From positions 1-11,243 of the forward strand of contig WAKA01000022.1 in assembly GCA_015523565.1 (NCBI GenBank): a DNA stretch of 11,243 nt. The letters run 5' to 3'. A program made the translations under genes and the position numbers. This DNA is from Candidatus Heimdallarchaeota archaeon. Its GTDB lineage: Archaea; Asgardarchaeota; Heimdallarchaeia; Heimdallarchaeales; Kariarchaeaceae. Positions 1-7,291 of the stretch are shown piece after piece. Within the stretch, counting starts at the first letter, position 1. Every line of letters begins with the position of its first letter. The notes beneath the pieces are model-generated. The model was not told where the DNA came from and searched no databases. It saw only the letters and a list, made by a program, of their open reading frames with translations.

Positions 1-114
1 CAGGCTCTTTCTTTTCAGGTTCCTCCACCTTCTCAGGCTCTTTCTTTTCAGGTTCCTCCACCTTCTCAGGCTCTTTCTTTTCAGGTTCCTCTACCTTCTC
101 AGGCTCTTTCTTTT
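1..114 (-). repeat. 33-bp coding tandem repeat (~3.5 copies visible, truncated by window edge) encoding EPEKKEPEKVE
   Basis: Unit caggctctttcttttcaggttcctccaccttct at 1, 34 and 67 (the last with one synonymous change), with a partial copy at 100-114. The unit length is a multiple of 3 and there are no spacers. Confidence 0.95.
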
Positions 115-1237
115 TTTCTGATTTTGTTTCTTCCTTCTTTATCTTGGTTTTTTCTTTCTTGAGCGTCTGTTTATGCAATACTCTTGTTTTCACGGTTTTT
201 GATTTCACGGTCTTTTGTTTTATCTTCACATTCTCTGAGTGCTTTTCAGGTTCACGTTCTTCAATCTTTCCAAATTTGGTTCCTGTGGGTTTTGCAGGTT
301 GTTTGTTAAGCTTTTCAATTGGAATCTTCAACACTTCTTTTGCATGTTCTCTTCTTACCTCTTTATCGTCTTCTCCAAGATTTTCAATAACCTTTCCCTT
401 TTCCTCGATTTCTTGGTATGTTTTTTCAATGAGCCTTCGTGTTTTTGCATCTGATATTTTCCTTGTGATCCAATATTTTGGCATTTTCAAAACTTCAATG
501 AATGTTTTCAATGTCAGGTTCATTTTTGGTGGCTCAACGTTTGCTTTTCTTATTCCTTCTTCAATGAGGTAAGTTGAACCTGAAATGACTCTCTGTATTA
601 TTTCCGCAGTTACTTCCAACAAATATTGGTCAACTCCCTCCGCAGGTTTTTTTCTTCCTTTTTTTATGTTAAAATGGTCAATCACTGTCCAATAATGTTC
701 ATGGGATTTTATGGCCCCCTCCTTGACCATCTCAATGACCCAATCCTCGCCTTGTGGTGGTTGGAATTTCTTTATTCCTCCCTTCTTCACAATTATTTCT
801 TGAATTTTTGGATAGGATTGGAGAATTCCCCATTCATAGAACTTATGCACTTTCCCTTCTTCCTCTGTCTGTCCAGTATGCAATGGTTGTTGGGGATCTG
901 AATAGTAGTGCGTCATGACTGCGGCGGCATAAGCGGCATCTTTCCATCTTTTTTCCTTTAGGGAGGTGACATACCTTCCAAACCATTCCAATGTCTTTGC
1001 AGGTGCCCCTCCCCAAAAATTCTCTTCAACATGGAGGACATGGTTCTTATAGTCCTTGAACTCTCGATCAGGAGCCCTTGACCCTTTCATGTACTCATCA
1101 TTGAAATAAAGGAAGAATTCAATCCATTTTTCTGCATTGGGAACGTCTTTGATATTTTTTGCAGCGTCCAATGCAATCTTGCTATGTGTTGAGTTTGATT
1201 TGTTATTGAACAAAATTTTGAACAATGTTTCATTCAT
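1..1237 (-). CDS. Zn-dependent phospholipase C / P1 nuclease-fold protein with K/E-rich repetitive tail (partial: 3' end runs off the window; >=412 aa)
   Basis: Manual translation from ATG at 1237 (in-frame TAG just upstream at 1246-1244) is open to position 2: MNETLFKILFNNKSNSTHSKIALDAAK...KGSRAPDREFKDYKNHVLHVEENFWGGAP...AAYAAAVMTHYYSDPQQPLHTGQTEEEGKVHKFYEW... The spacing of H18, D57, H66, H110-x3-D114, H120 and H131-x3-E135 matches the tri-zinc ligand set of the PLC/P1 superfamily. It is absent from the ORF track because it has no stop in the window. Confidence 0.9.
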   Translation of the reverse strand, partial: MNETLFKILFNNKSNSTHSKIALDAAKNIKDVPNAEKWIEFFLYFNDEYMKGSRAPDREFKDYKNHVLHVEENFWGGAPAKTLEWFGRYVTSLKEKRWKDAAYAAAVMTHYYSDPQQPLHTGQTEEEGKVHKFYEWGILQSYPKIQEIIVKKGGIKKFQPPQGEDWVIEMVKEGAIKSHEHYWTVIDHFNIKKGRKKPAEGVDQYLLEVTAEIIQRVISGSTYLIEEGIRKANVEPPKMNLTLKTFIEVLKMPKYWITRKISDAKTRRLIEKTYQEIEEKGKVIENLGEDDKEVRREHAKEVLKIPIEKLNKQPAKPTGTKFGKIEEREPEKHSENVKIKQKTVKSKTVKTRVLHKQTLKKEKTKIKKEETKSEKKKEPEKVEEPEKKEPEKVEEPEKKEPEKVEEPEKKEP

Positions 1238-1403
1238 TAAAAACTATTTGTTTTTGCTGGATATTAGCATTTTTCTTATTAATCAATCAATCGCGATCAT
1301 AAAATCCATTTTTTTGATTGTTCCTGTATTTCTCAATAAAAAAAAGGGAATTTTGGATAAAATGCCATGCAATATATTTTATATTATTTTTTGAATTGTT
1401 GTA

Positions 1404-2111
1404 TTGACGGATTTGATTACTCTATTGTTTGCATTTTATCTCATTTCGTTGGGTTTGTTGCTTTCGAGCCTAATCCATCTTCGATGGGGCATTCGGGATG
1501 CAATCCGTGAGTACCTTGTCTTGTCACTGACATTTTTTGCAGGTGCCATATATTCCTTGGGTCTGGCAATTTCGGGCAAGCCAGATCCGACAATCCCTCT
1601 TTTCATATTTTTTTCGTTTTTGGTTCTGGGGACAATGGTTCGCAAGGCAAGTCTTCAAAGCAAGAATCTTATGTTTGGCATTTTATTTCTTCTTTTGATT
1701 CTTGTTCTTTCCAATACTGTCTCCTCCTTCAGAGGCAATTTACGAATTTATGTTGCCTCTTACGAACTTTTCACTGTATTCTGGTTCAATTATGCTTTTA
1801 TTTATTCACGTCCTTTTAGGAATTCAAGGGAGACGACTTTTGTAAAATTCGTGTGGACCATGATTTTAACATTTCTTACATATACATCCGTTCTTCATTT
1901 TCTTCTTTCAGATGAGTTGCTTTATGCATTGAATCTATTGTATACTTTATCTATAATGGCATTGTTCACGACGCTAAAGAAAAATTCCGTACTTTTTTCA
2001 ACTAGACAGGCAGTTCAAATTGCAAAGAAGCTTGCTTCTGAAAATAGGGACAATATTTCGACGATGGATCCCATCAGTTACATTGAAAAAGTGAAAAAGC
2101 ACATAAAGTGA
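1404..2111 (+). CDS. Hypothetical 7-transmembrane protein (235 aa)
   Basis: About 7 hydrophobic segments (aa ~4-25, 37-56, 64-79, 89-106, 115-134, 146-167, 172-190) followed by a short polar tail. TTG start preceded by TATA-like ttttatat at 1377-1384. Confidence 0.8.
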   Translation: MTDLITLLFAFYLISLGLLLSSLIHLRWGIRDAIREYLVLSLTFFAGAIYSLGLAISGKPDPTIPLFIFFSFLVLGTMVRKASLQSKNLMFGILFLLLILVLSNTVSSFRGNLRIYVASYELFTVFWFNYAFIYSRPFRNSRETTFVKFVWTMILTFLTYTSVLHFLLSDELLYALNLLYTLSIMALFTTLKKNSVLFSTRQAVQIAKKLASENRDNISTMDPISYIEKVKKHIK

Positions 2112-2113
2112 AG

Positions 2114-3412
2114 TCAACTAAATGGTTGAAGTGGTTCAAGCTCTGGGAGCTCTTCAAGTTCTGGCAATGGATCCAATTGTGGAAGTGGGTCTTTTTCTTT
2201 TTTGATGATCATTTTCTTCGTTTTTGGTTCTATTCTTTTCATGCTTTTGACATACTTTTTGTCTTTCTCCTCTTTTCTCATTTTCTTAGATCTTTCATAT
2301 GCCTCTTGCAATTTGCCGATGCATTCTTTCATAAGGGATTTCGTAGTTTCTGTCTTTATCATCTTAAGTTTTAGGTCATTTGGATTGCTTTCCAAACCTT
2401 TCTTTGCGACATGTTGGACAAATTTCCTGATTTTGGGTAGATTGTCCATGTATTTTACAAATTTCTCTGTGGCATCTTCCAACTTCATTTCTTCAACTAT
2501 CAAGACGTTTTGCAGGTAATTATCCAATTCTTCCATTGCCAAAATGGATTTGTCAATATCAATGCCTAGCTCATTTGTCATTCCTTTTAGTAGGTTAATG
2601 AATGCGATTGTCTTTTCATGGGCAATTTTGAGTGTCTTGAGATATTTTGAAAATGTCCATTCTTTCAGGTCATATGTTCCATCTTCTGTTTCCACAAGTT
2701 TTAAGTCTAATGTTGCCTCGAATAGACCACTTAATTCTGCTTCAACTAGTTCCAGTTCATTTGGCAATTTCTCAGCTTCTGCAGGGAGGTCTTCCAAAGT
2801 CTCCAATGTATGTTCCAGACTATCTATCTTGGCAAGCAGTGAGGCAAGTTCCTCGTCCACTTGATCTGCTGAAATCAAATTTCTGAGGATTTTCACATGC
2901 AACCTATCAAAAAGGAATGCAATATGTATCTTTTCATGTTCTGTAATGATCTTTCCTCGGCTCAATGCCTCCTGAAACTCAGAATATTTCCTTTTGAATT
3001 CCTTTAAGTCTGTCAAATCATATTTGTCATCATTAATTTTTCTTTTGGCGTATGCCTTGAGTATTACTTCCTTATAATTGGGTGGTATTTTTTGTTCCTC
3101 TTGGGGTTGTGGTTTTTCTCCCCATCCTTGCGGTTGTGTCCACCCCTGTTGTCTTCTTGGCTGCTGCATGGGTGGTTGTTGTGGTTGTGTCCACCCCTGC
3201 TGTCTTCTTGGTTGCTGCATGGGTGGTTGTTGTGGTTGTGTCCATCCCTGCTGTCTTCTTGGTTGCTGCATGGGTGGTTGTTGTGGTTGTGCCCATCCCT
3301 GCTGTCTTCTTGGTGGTGATTGTTGTACTGGTTTTTGTACAATTTTTGTTCCGCAATAAGGACAGAATCTGGCATTTTGCCTTACCGTGCGGTGGCATCT
3401 TGGACATATCAT
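2114..3412 (-). CDS. Zinc-ribbon protein with Q/P-rich GW repeats and long helical/coiled-coil region (432 aa)
   Basis: N-terminal CPRC-x10-CPYC, 17-aa repeats PPMQQPRRQQGWTQPQQ, about 290 aa of L/E/K-rich helical sequence and a C-terminal LPxLE-like repeat. TATA-like ttaataag lies ~25-32 nt upstream of the ATG. Confidence 0.88.
   Translation of the reverse strand: MICPRCHRTVRQNARFCPYCGTKIVQKPVQQSPPRRQQGWAQPQQPPMQQPRRQQGWTQPQQPPMQQPRRQQGWTQPQQPPMQQPRRQQGWTQPQGWGEKPQPQEEQKIPPNYKEVILKAYAKRKINDDKYDLTDLKEFKRKYSEFQEALSRGKIITEHEKIHIAFLFDRLHVKILRNLISADQVDEELASLLAKIDSLEHTLETLEDLPAEAEKLPNELELVEAELSGLFEATLDLKLVETEDGTYDLKEWTFSKYLKTLKIAHEKTIAFINLLKGMTNELGIDIDKSILAMEELDNYLQNVLIVEEMKLEDATEKFVKYMDNLPKIRKFVQHVAKKGLESNPNDLKLKMIKTETTKSLMKECIGKLQEAYERSKKMRKEEKDKKYVKSMKRIEPKTKKMIIKKEKDPLPQLDPLPELEELPELEPLQPFS
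3129..3314 (-). repeat. 51-bp coding tandem repeat (~3.6 copies) encoding PPMQQPRRQQGWTQPQQ
   Basis: Units start at 3132, 3183, 3234 and 3285 (ggttgtg(t/c)cca(c/t)ccctg...). They are near identical, in frame and have no spacers. Confidence 0.95.
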
Positions 3413-3558
3413 GTATAGTTATCTCTTAGTTTACATCTTATTAACTTTAATCCATTGATGGGGTATTTTTGCGCACAAATTTTTCGCTTTGGATATGTTG
3501 TCCCATTTTTATTAGGTTGTTTGATCTTTGTTTTTATTTTATCTCTTTAAATTGACTA

Positions 3559-3572
3559 GAAAACCTTATGTA
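3559..3572 (+). promoter_or_regulatory. Putative archaeal BRE/TATA promoter of the LRR gene
   Basis: gaaaaccttatgta ends ~23 nt before ATG 3595. The same aaaaccttat core precedes the S9 peptidase gene. Confidence 0.5.
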
Positions 3573-3594
3573 TTTTGTTTGCATTGAAACCCTA

Positions 3595-4458
3595 ATGGAT
3601 GAGTGGTGGAAAGATTTGTGTCTATACATGCGGTTGTTGTATGACGGATTAAAAGTTTCAGGAAATTATTTACTGGATTCCAGTGGTTATTACATTGCCA
3701 ACTTTAACCAAGGCAGTTTTTCAATCAATGGCTCCTCAAAGTTTAAAGATGATCCTACGCTTGTAAAAGAGATGCTTGAATATATGCATTCAATATCTGC
3801 CTCTCAAAAAATCAAACGTCTGGCAATCAACAAGGCAGACCTGATTAATTTGGCTGAGTTTTTAATGCATTTCCACGAATTGGAGGATATTGAAATTGTT
3901 GGATGCACAACAAATGGTTTTCCTGATTTTTTGCAATCTTTCAGAAAACTTCGTAGACTTAGGATCGTTAATTGCAGAATTCCACGGATACCTGAATGGA
4001 TTGCTGACTTCAAAAACATGATTTCCTTGGATATTGCACTCAATCAGTTGGAGGATTTGCCTGATAGCTTCAATCGCCTTTACAAACTAGAGAAACTTAA
4101 TCTGTCATACAACAGGTTTATGACTTTTCCAAATATCATCTGTAGTCTTGAAAAGCTAAGGGGTCTTTACATACATAACAACATGATCCATAAAATTCCA
4201 AGAGAAATTAGGAACCTACAAAATCTATCTGAATTAAATTTAAGTGAGAACTGCATTTGTCATTTGTCGATAGATGGTCTATTCAAGTTGCAAGCGCTGA
4301 ACATCAAAGGTAACTTTATGATAGAGCTTCCAAATCTAGATAATTTTCCCTTTCTTTCTGAGCTGTACGTTGGTGGGAACCATTGGAATGACCAATCACT
4401 TAAAAAATTGATGCAACTGCATAATAATGGTGTTTTTGTTTCTTTTGAGGATCAATAG
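3595..4458 (+). CDS. Leucine-rich repeat protein (~9 LRRs)
   Basis: Repeats of about 23 aa with LxxLxLxxN/C (e.g. LRRLRIVNC, LEKLNLSYN, LRGLYIHNN, LSELNLSEN, LQALNIKGN, LSELYVGGN). The ORF track starts at 3568, but that ATG lies inside a TATA-like box, so ATG 3595 is preferred. The 3' end overlaps msrA by 7 nt. Confidence 0.88.
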   Translation: MDEWWKDLCLYMRLLYDGLKVSGNYLLDSSGYYIANFNQGSFSINGSSKFKDDPTLVKEMLEYMHSISASQKIKRLAINKADLINLAEFLMHFHELEDIEIVGCTTNGFPDFLQSFRKLRRLRIVNCRIPRIPEWIADFKNMISLDIALNQLEDLPDSFNRLYKLEKLNLSYNRFMTFPNIICSLEKLRGLYIHNNMIHKIPREIRNLQNLSELNLSENCICHLSIDGLFKLQALNIKGNFMIELPNLDNFPFLSELYVGGNHWNDQSLKKLMQLHNNGVFVSFEDQ

Positions 4459-4991
4459 CCAATGTTTAATTTATCTGCAAACTTCTTTCTGAACTTGACA
4501 ACCTTTGGCTCTATGACTATCCTACAATAAGGGTTTTTGTCCTTATTGTTTTGGAAATAATTTTGGTGGTAATCTTCTGCTGGATAGAATTTGTTGAGGG
4601 GTGCAACCTCGGTCACTATTTTGTTCTTCCAGATTCTTTTATCTTCAAATTCCATGATGACATCCTTTGCTATTTTTTCTTGTTCGGGTGACAAAAAGAA
4701 AATTGTGGACCTGTATTGTGTGCCTATGTCATTGCCTTGCCTGTTTGGTGTTGTGGGATCATGAACTGTAAGGAATATCTCCAAAATCTCTCTTAAGCTG
4801 ATCTCATTTGTATCAAACTCCACTTTGACGACTTCCGCATGACCTGTCATTCCACTACAGACCTGTTCATAGCTTGGGTTTTCCACATGTCCCCCTGCGT
4901 ATCCAGATATTGCGGATTTTACTCCCCTGACTTGCTTGAATATTGCTTCAATACACCAAAAACAGCCGCCTCCAAGAACAATTGTCTCCAT
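4452..4991 (-). CDS. msrA: Peptide-methionine (S)-S-oxide reductase
   Basis: GGGCFWC active site, SGYAGG, YEQVCSGMTGHAE, HDPT...RQGNDIGTQYRS, FYPAEDYHQNY and a C-terminal YC resolving Cys. Confidence 0.97.
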   Translation of the reverse strand: METIVLGGGCFWCIEAIFKQVRGVKSAISGYAGGHVENPSYEQVCSGMTGHAEVVKVEFDTNEISLREILEIFLTVHDPTTPNRQGNDIGTQYRSTIFFLSPEQEKIAKDVIMEFEDKRIWKNKIVTEVAPLNKFYPAEDYHQNYFQNNKDKNPYCRIVIEPKVVKFRKKFADKLNIGY

Positions 4992-5236
4992 GAATTTATT
5001 CCTTGTGTTGTAGATTTAATATGTTGGCATTCATGCAAGTGTCTTTTTTTTGTCATGTTAAATTTCCCAAATTTTTCCCATTTGCATTTTTCAACGAGTG
5101 TTTTTATGGTGATGGATTTAATGAGAAATGGGCAGGTGTTGCAAGTTTGTATCTGCCTATGCCATCATCAATGACGGCAATAACTCCATTGTTTGATTCA
5201 AATTTCAACCCGATTGTTCAATTTTCTGTTGGGAAT

Positions 5237-7198
5237 TTATTTATGGTCTTCAAACCATTGTATCATTCTTTTTAGTCGATCAACTACATGCAGTGGCTCT
5301 CCAGACCTAGAGAGTTCATGTCCATCTCTTGGATATCTCACAAACATTGTTTCCTTGTTCTGAAGGCGAAGGGCGGCGAAAAGTTCTTCTGATTGGGATA
5401 TTGGCACTCTGAAATCATTTGTGGCTGCGATGATGAGTAGAGGTGTTTCAATCTCTCTTGCACGAGATAATGGGGACAATTTCCAAAATTTCTCATGCTC
5501 GTCCCATGGGTTTCCCACTAATTCATCCATGAACCAAAGTGGAATATCTGTGGTCAAGGTAAAGCTAATGTTGTCATATACCCCTCTTTGTGCAACAGCC
5601 GCCTTGAAACGCTTGTCCCTACTGATGACATTTGCAGTTTGGAATCCAGCATACGATCCTCCAAGAACAAACATCTTGTCTGGGTCATATCTGTCGCTTA
5701 TGCTTTCTAGTGCCTTTTGTATATCTAGATAATCCTTCTCGCCCCATTCACCGACAATCGATGTAGTGAAATCCCTGCCGTATCCTGAACTTCCATGTGG
5801 GTTTGTGGCAAGAACAGCATATCCTTTTGCTGCAAAACATTGGAATTCATGCCACATTGTGCCTGCGGGTGTCCACATAACATGTGGTCCTCCATGAAGG
5901 TGGAGTGCCAATGGTGGTTTTTTCTCGTTATTTGCAGGAGGAAAGAACCATCCTTGGAATTTTCCTCCATGAGGTGATTCAAACCAGATCTCTTCTGGTT
6001 CCACAATTTTATGCGATTTTAAGTATTCCTCATTGGGGTCTTCTAGAAGAGAAAGTTCATCAGCTTGTTTCCACACTGCCCATGGATGCCGTACGCTAGT
6101 TGCAGTAAAGAAATACCCTTCGTCATTTCTGTCCCATTGCAGGATGCTGTTCTCTCCTCGATAGATTGTCTCAACTTGGTTGTTTTCAAGGTTAATCTTT
6201 CTCAAGTCCATGGTTCCACGGTCTTCAACTGTGAAATAAATTTCAGATGGGGAAATCCACTTGAAGTTTGTGATGTCCCTGTCAATATCTTCAAGAATAA
6301 CTCTTTGCTTTCCTGTGTCCATGTCAATGATGACTGGTACTAAAATGCCACCTGCAAGTGTTTCTCCTGCAATTTTCGTGGTCACTACAAATTTCCCGTC
6401 AGGGGATGCTTCAAGTTGCATTCCAAAATATCCCATGAATTTTGCCAATTCCTTTCCTTTTTGCATGACGGGATTGCTAACATCAAACTTAAGGACAGTG
6501 ACTTCTTTTGACAGGTCTGGTGGGATGTCTGTTTTTGCATATGCCACAATTGTGTTTTCATCCAGCCATTCAATTGCCGCATGGTTTGTCCAACGTTCTG
6601 TGATGCGTGTTGCATGCTTTTCTCCTAAATTCTGGATATAGATGTGTGACTTTCTCTTGTCATGATAGCTTGTTCCTTCCCTATATACCAATTCGTCAGT
6701 GACATAGGGATCAAACATCCTATCTTTTTTCTCTTCCTCTTCAAGCTTTTTCCGTTCAACATCAAATTTGTTTTTTGGGGGCTCTTTTTCCTCATATTCT
6801 TTTCCTGCTTCTTCCTCATTTATTCTTGCTGTGAATGCAATTCTTTTTCCATTTGGGCACCATGCCACCTCTGATATTCCGTTAGGATGATTGGTTATCT
6901 GTTGGGCTTCTCCACCAAATTCCAAATCCAACAGAAAAGCTTGTGGCTTATCATTTCTTGTGCTGATAAACAAGAGTTTTTTTCCATCTGGAGAGAATTT
7001 TGGGGAGTAATCTTGTTTTTTTCCACTGGTTATCTGTCTGATCTCTCCATTTTTCAGAAGGCGAATATGTGATGTATAGGATTTCTCGGTTGGAGATGGG
7101 AATGTCTGCACCCAAGCCACCAATTTTTTGGATGCTACAATTTCCCCAACCTTTGAAAGTTTGAGGTAATCTTCTGGGACAATTGGTTGTAACTCCAT
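5237..7198 (-). CDS. S9 family serine peptidase (acylaminoacyl peptidase / dipeptidyl aminopeptidase-like)
   Basis: N-terminal beta-propeller motifs (FSPDGKKLLF, WCPNGKRIAF), HGGPH, N-x-HGSSGYG, nucleophile GGSYAG, acid NDFRV and His in DGHELSRSG. Start is ATG 7198 (alternative TTG 7201). Confidence 0.95.
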   Translation of the reverse strand: MELQPIVPEDYLKLSKVGEIVASKKLVAWVQTFPSPTEKSYTSHIRLLKNGEIRQITSGKKQDYSPKFSPDGKKLLFISTRNDKPQAFLLDLEFGGEAQQITNHPNGISEVAWCPNGKRIAFTARINEEEAGKEYEEKEPPKNKFDVERKKLEEEEKKDRMFDPYVTDELVYREGTSYHDKRKSHIYIQNLGEKHATRITERWTNHAAIEWLDENTIVAYAKTDIPPDLSKEVTVLKFDVSNPVMQKGKELAKFMGYFGMQLEASPDGKFVVTTKIAGETLAGGILVPVIIDMDTGKQRVILEDIDRDITNFKWISPSEIYFTVEDRGTMDLRKINLENNQVETIYRGENSILQWDRNDEGYFFTATSVRHPWAVWKQADELSLLEDPNEEYLKSHKIVEPEEIWFESPHGGKFQGWFFPPANNEKKPPLALHLHGGPHVMWTPAGTMWHEFQCFAAKGYAVLATNPHGSSGYGRDFTTSIVGEWGEKDYLDIQKALESISDRYDPDKMFVLGGSYAGFQTANVISRDKRFKAAVAQRGVYDNISFTLTTDIPLWFMDELVGNPWDEHEKFWKLSPLSRAREIETPLLIIAATNDFRVPISQSEELFAALRLQNKETMFVRYPRDGHELSRSGEPLHVVDRLKRMIQWFEDHK

Positions 7199-7220
7199 CA
7201 ATGTTGTTTTCTCAATTCGG

Positions 7221-7240
7221 CAATAAGGTTTTGGAAAAAG
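7221..7240 (-). promoter_or_regulatory. Putative BRE/TATA promoter of the S9 peptidase gene
   Basis: Minus strand ctttttccaaaaccttattg ends ~23 nt before ATG 7198. Confidence 0.5.
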
Positions 7241-7291
7241 GAAAGGTTACTTTTGTAATGTATTGCCAAAGTTTCACTATTTTTCCTTTTC

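Noticed and set aside
1-114. 33-bp direct repeats as a CRISPR array
   Set aside because: Head-to-tail with no spacers, in frame within a CDS, and no cas genes in the window.
144-1394. Plus-strand ORFs 144-572, 239-454, 626-901 and 1137-1394
   Set aside because: F/S/L-rich antisense shadows of the real minus-strand gene at 1-1237.
1404-2111. Microbial rhodopsin or heliorhodopsin (also considered for 9793-11130)
   Set aside because: No mid-helix Lys in TM7 (no DxxxK or SxxxK) and no retinal-pocket motifs in either 7TM protein.
2108-2374. Trp/Lys-periodic ORF (KWLKWFKLWELFKFWQW) resembling an antimicrobial peptide
   Set aside because: Antisense reading of the LPELE-repeat tail of the 432 aa gene.
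3064-3429. Cys-rich metallothionein-like ORF (3078-3359), poly-Thr, poly-Val and His/Asn-rich ORFs
   Set aside because: All are alternative frames of the 51-bp repeat, which lacks stops. Only the 2114-3412 frame joins a zinc ribbon to a long domain.
5107-5170. SECIS element or fluoride riboswitch near msrA
   Set aside because: The 3' GA of the SECIS quartet and the fluoride riboswitch consensus are missing, and msrA has ordinary Cys codons with no internal TGA.
5104-5214. Protein-looking minus-strand frame TIGLKFESNNGVIAVIDDGIGRYKLATPAHFSLNPSP
   Set aside because: Under 40 codons, bounded by an upstream TGA, with no ATG and no recognisable homology. It cannot be supported as a gene or pseudogene.
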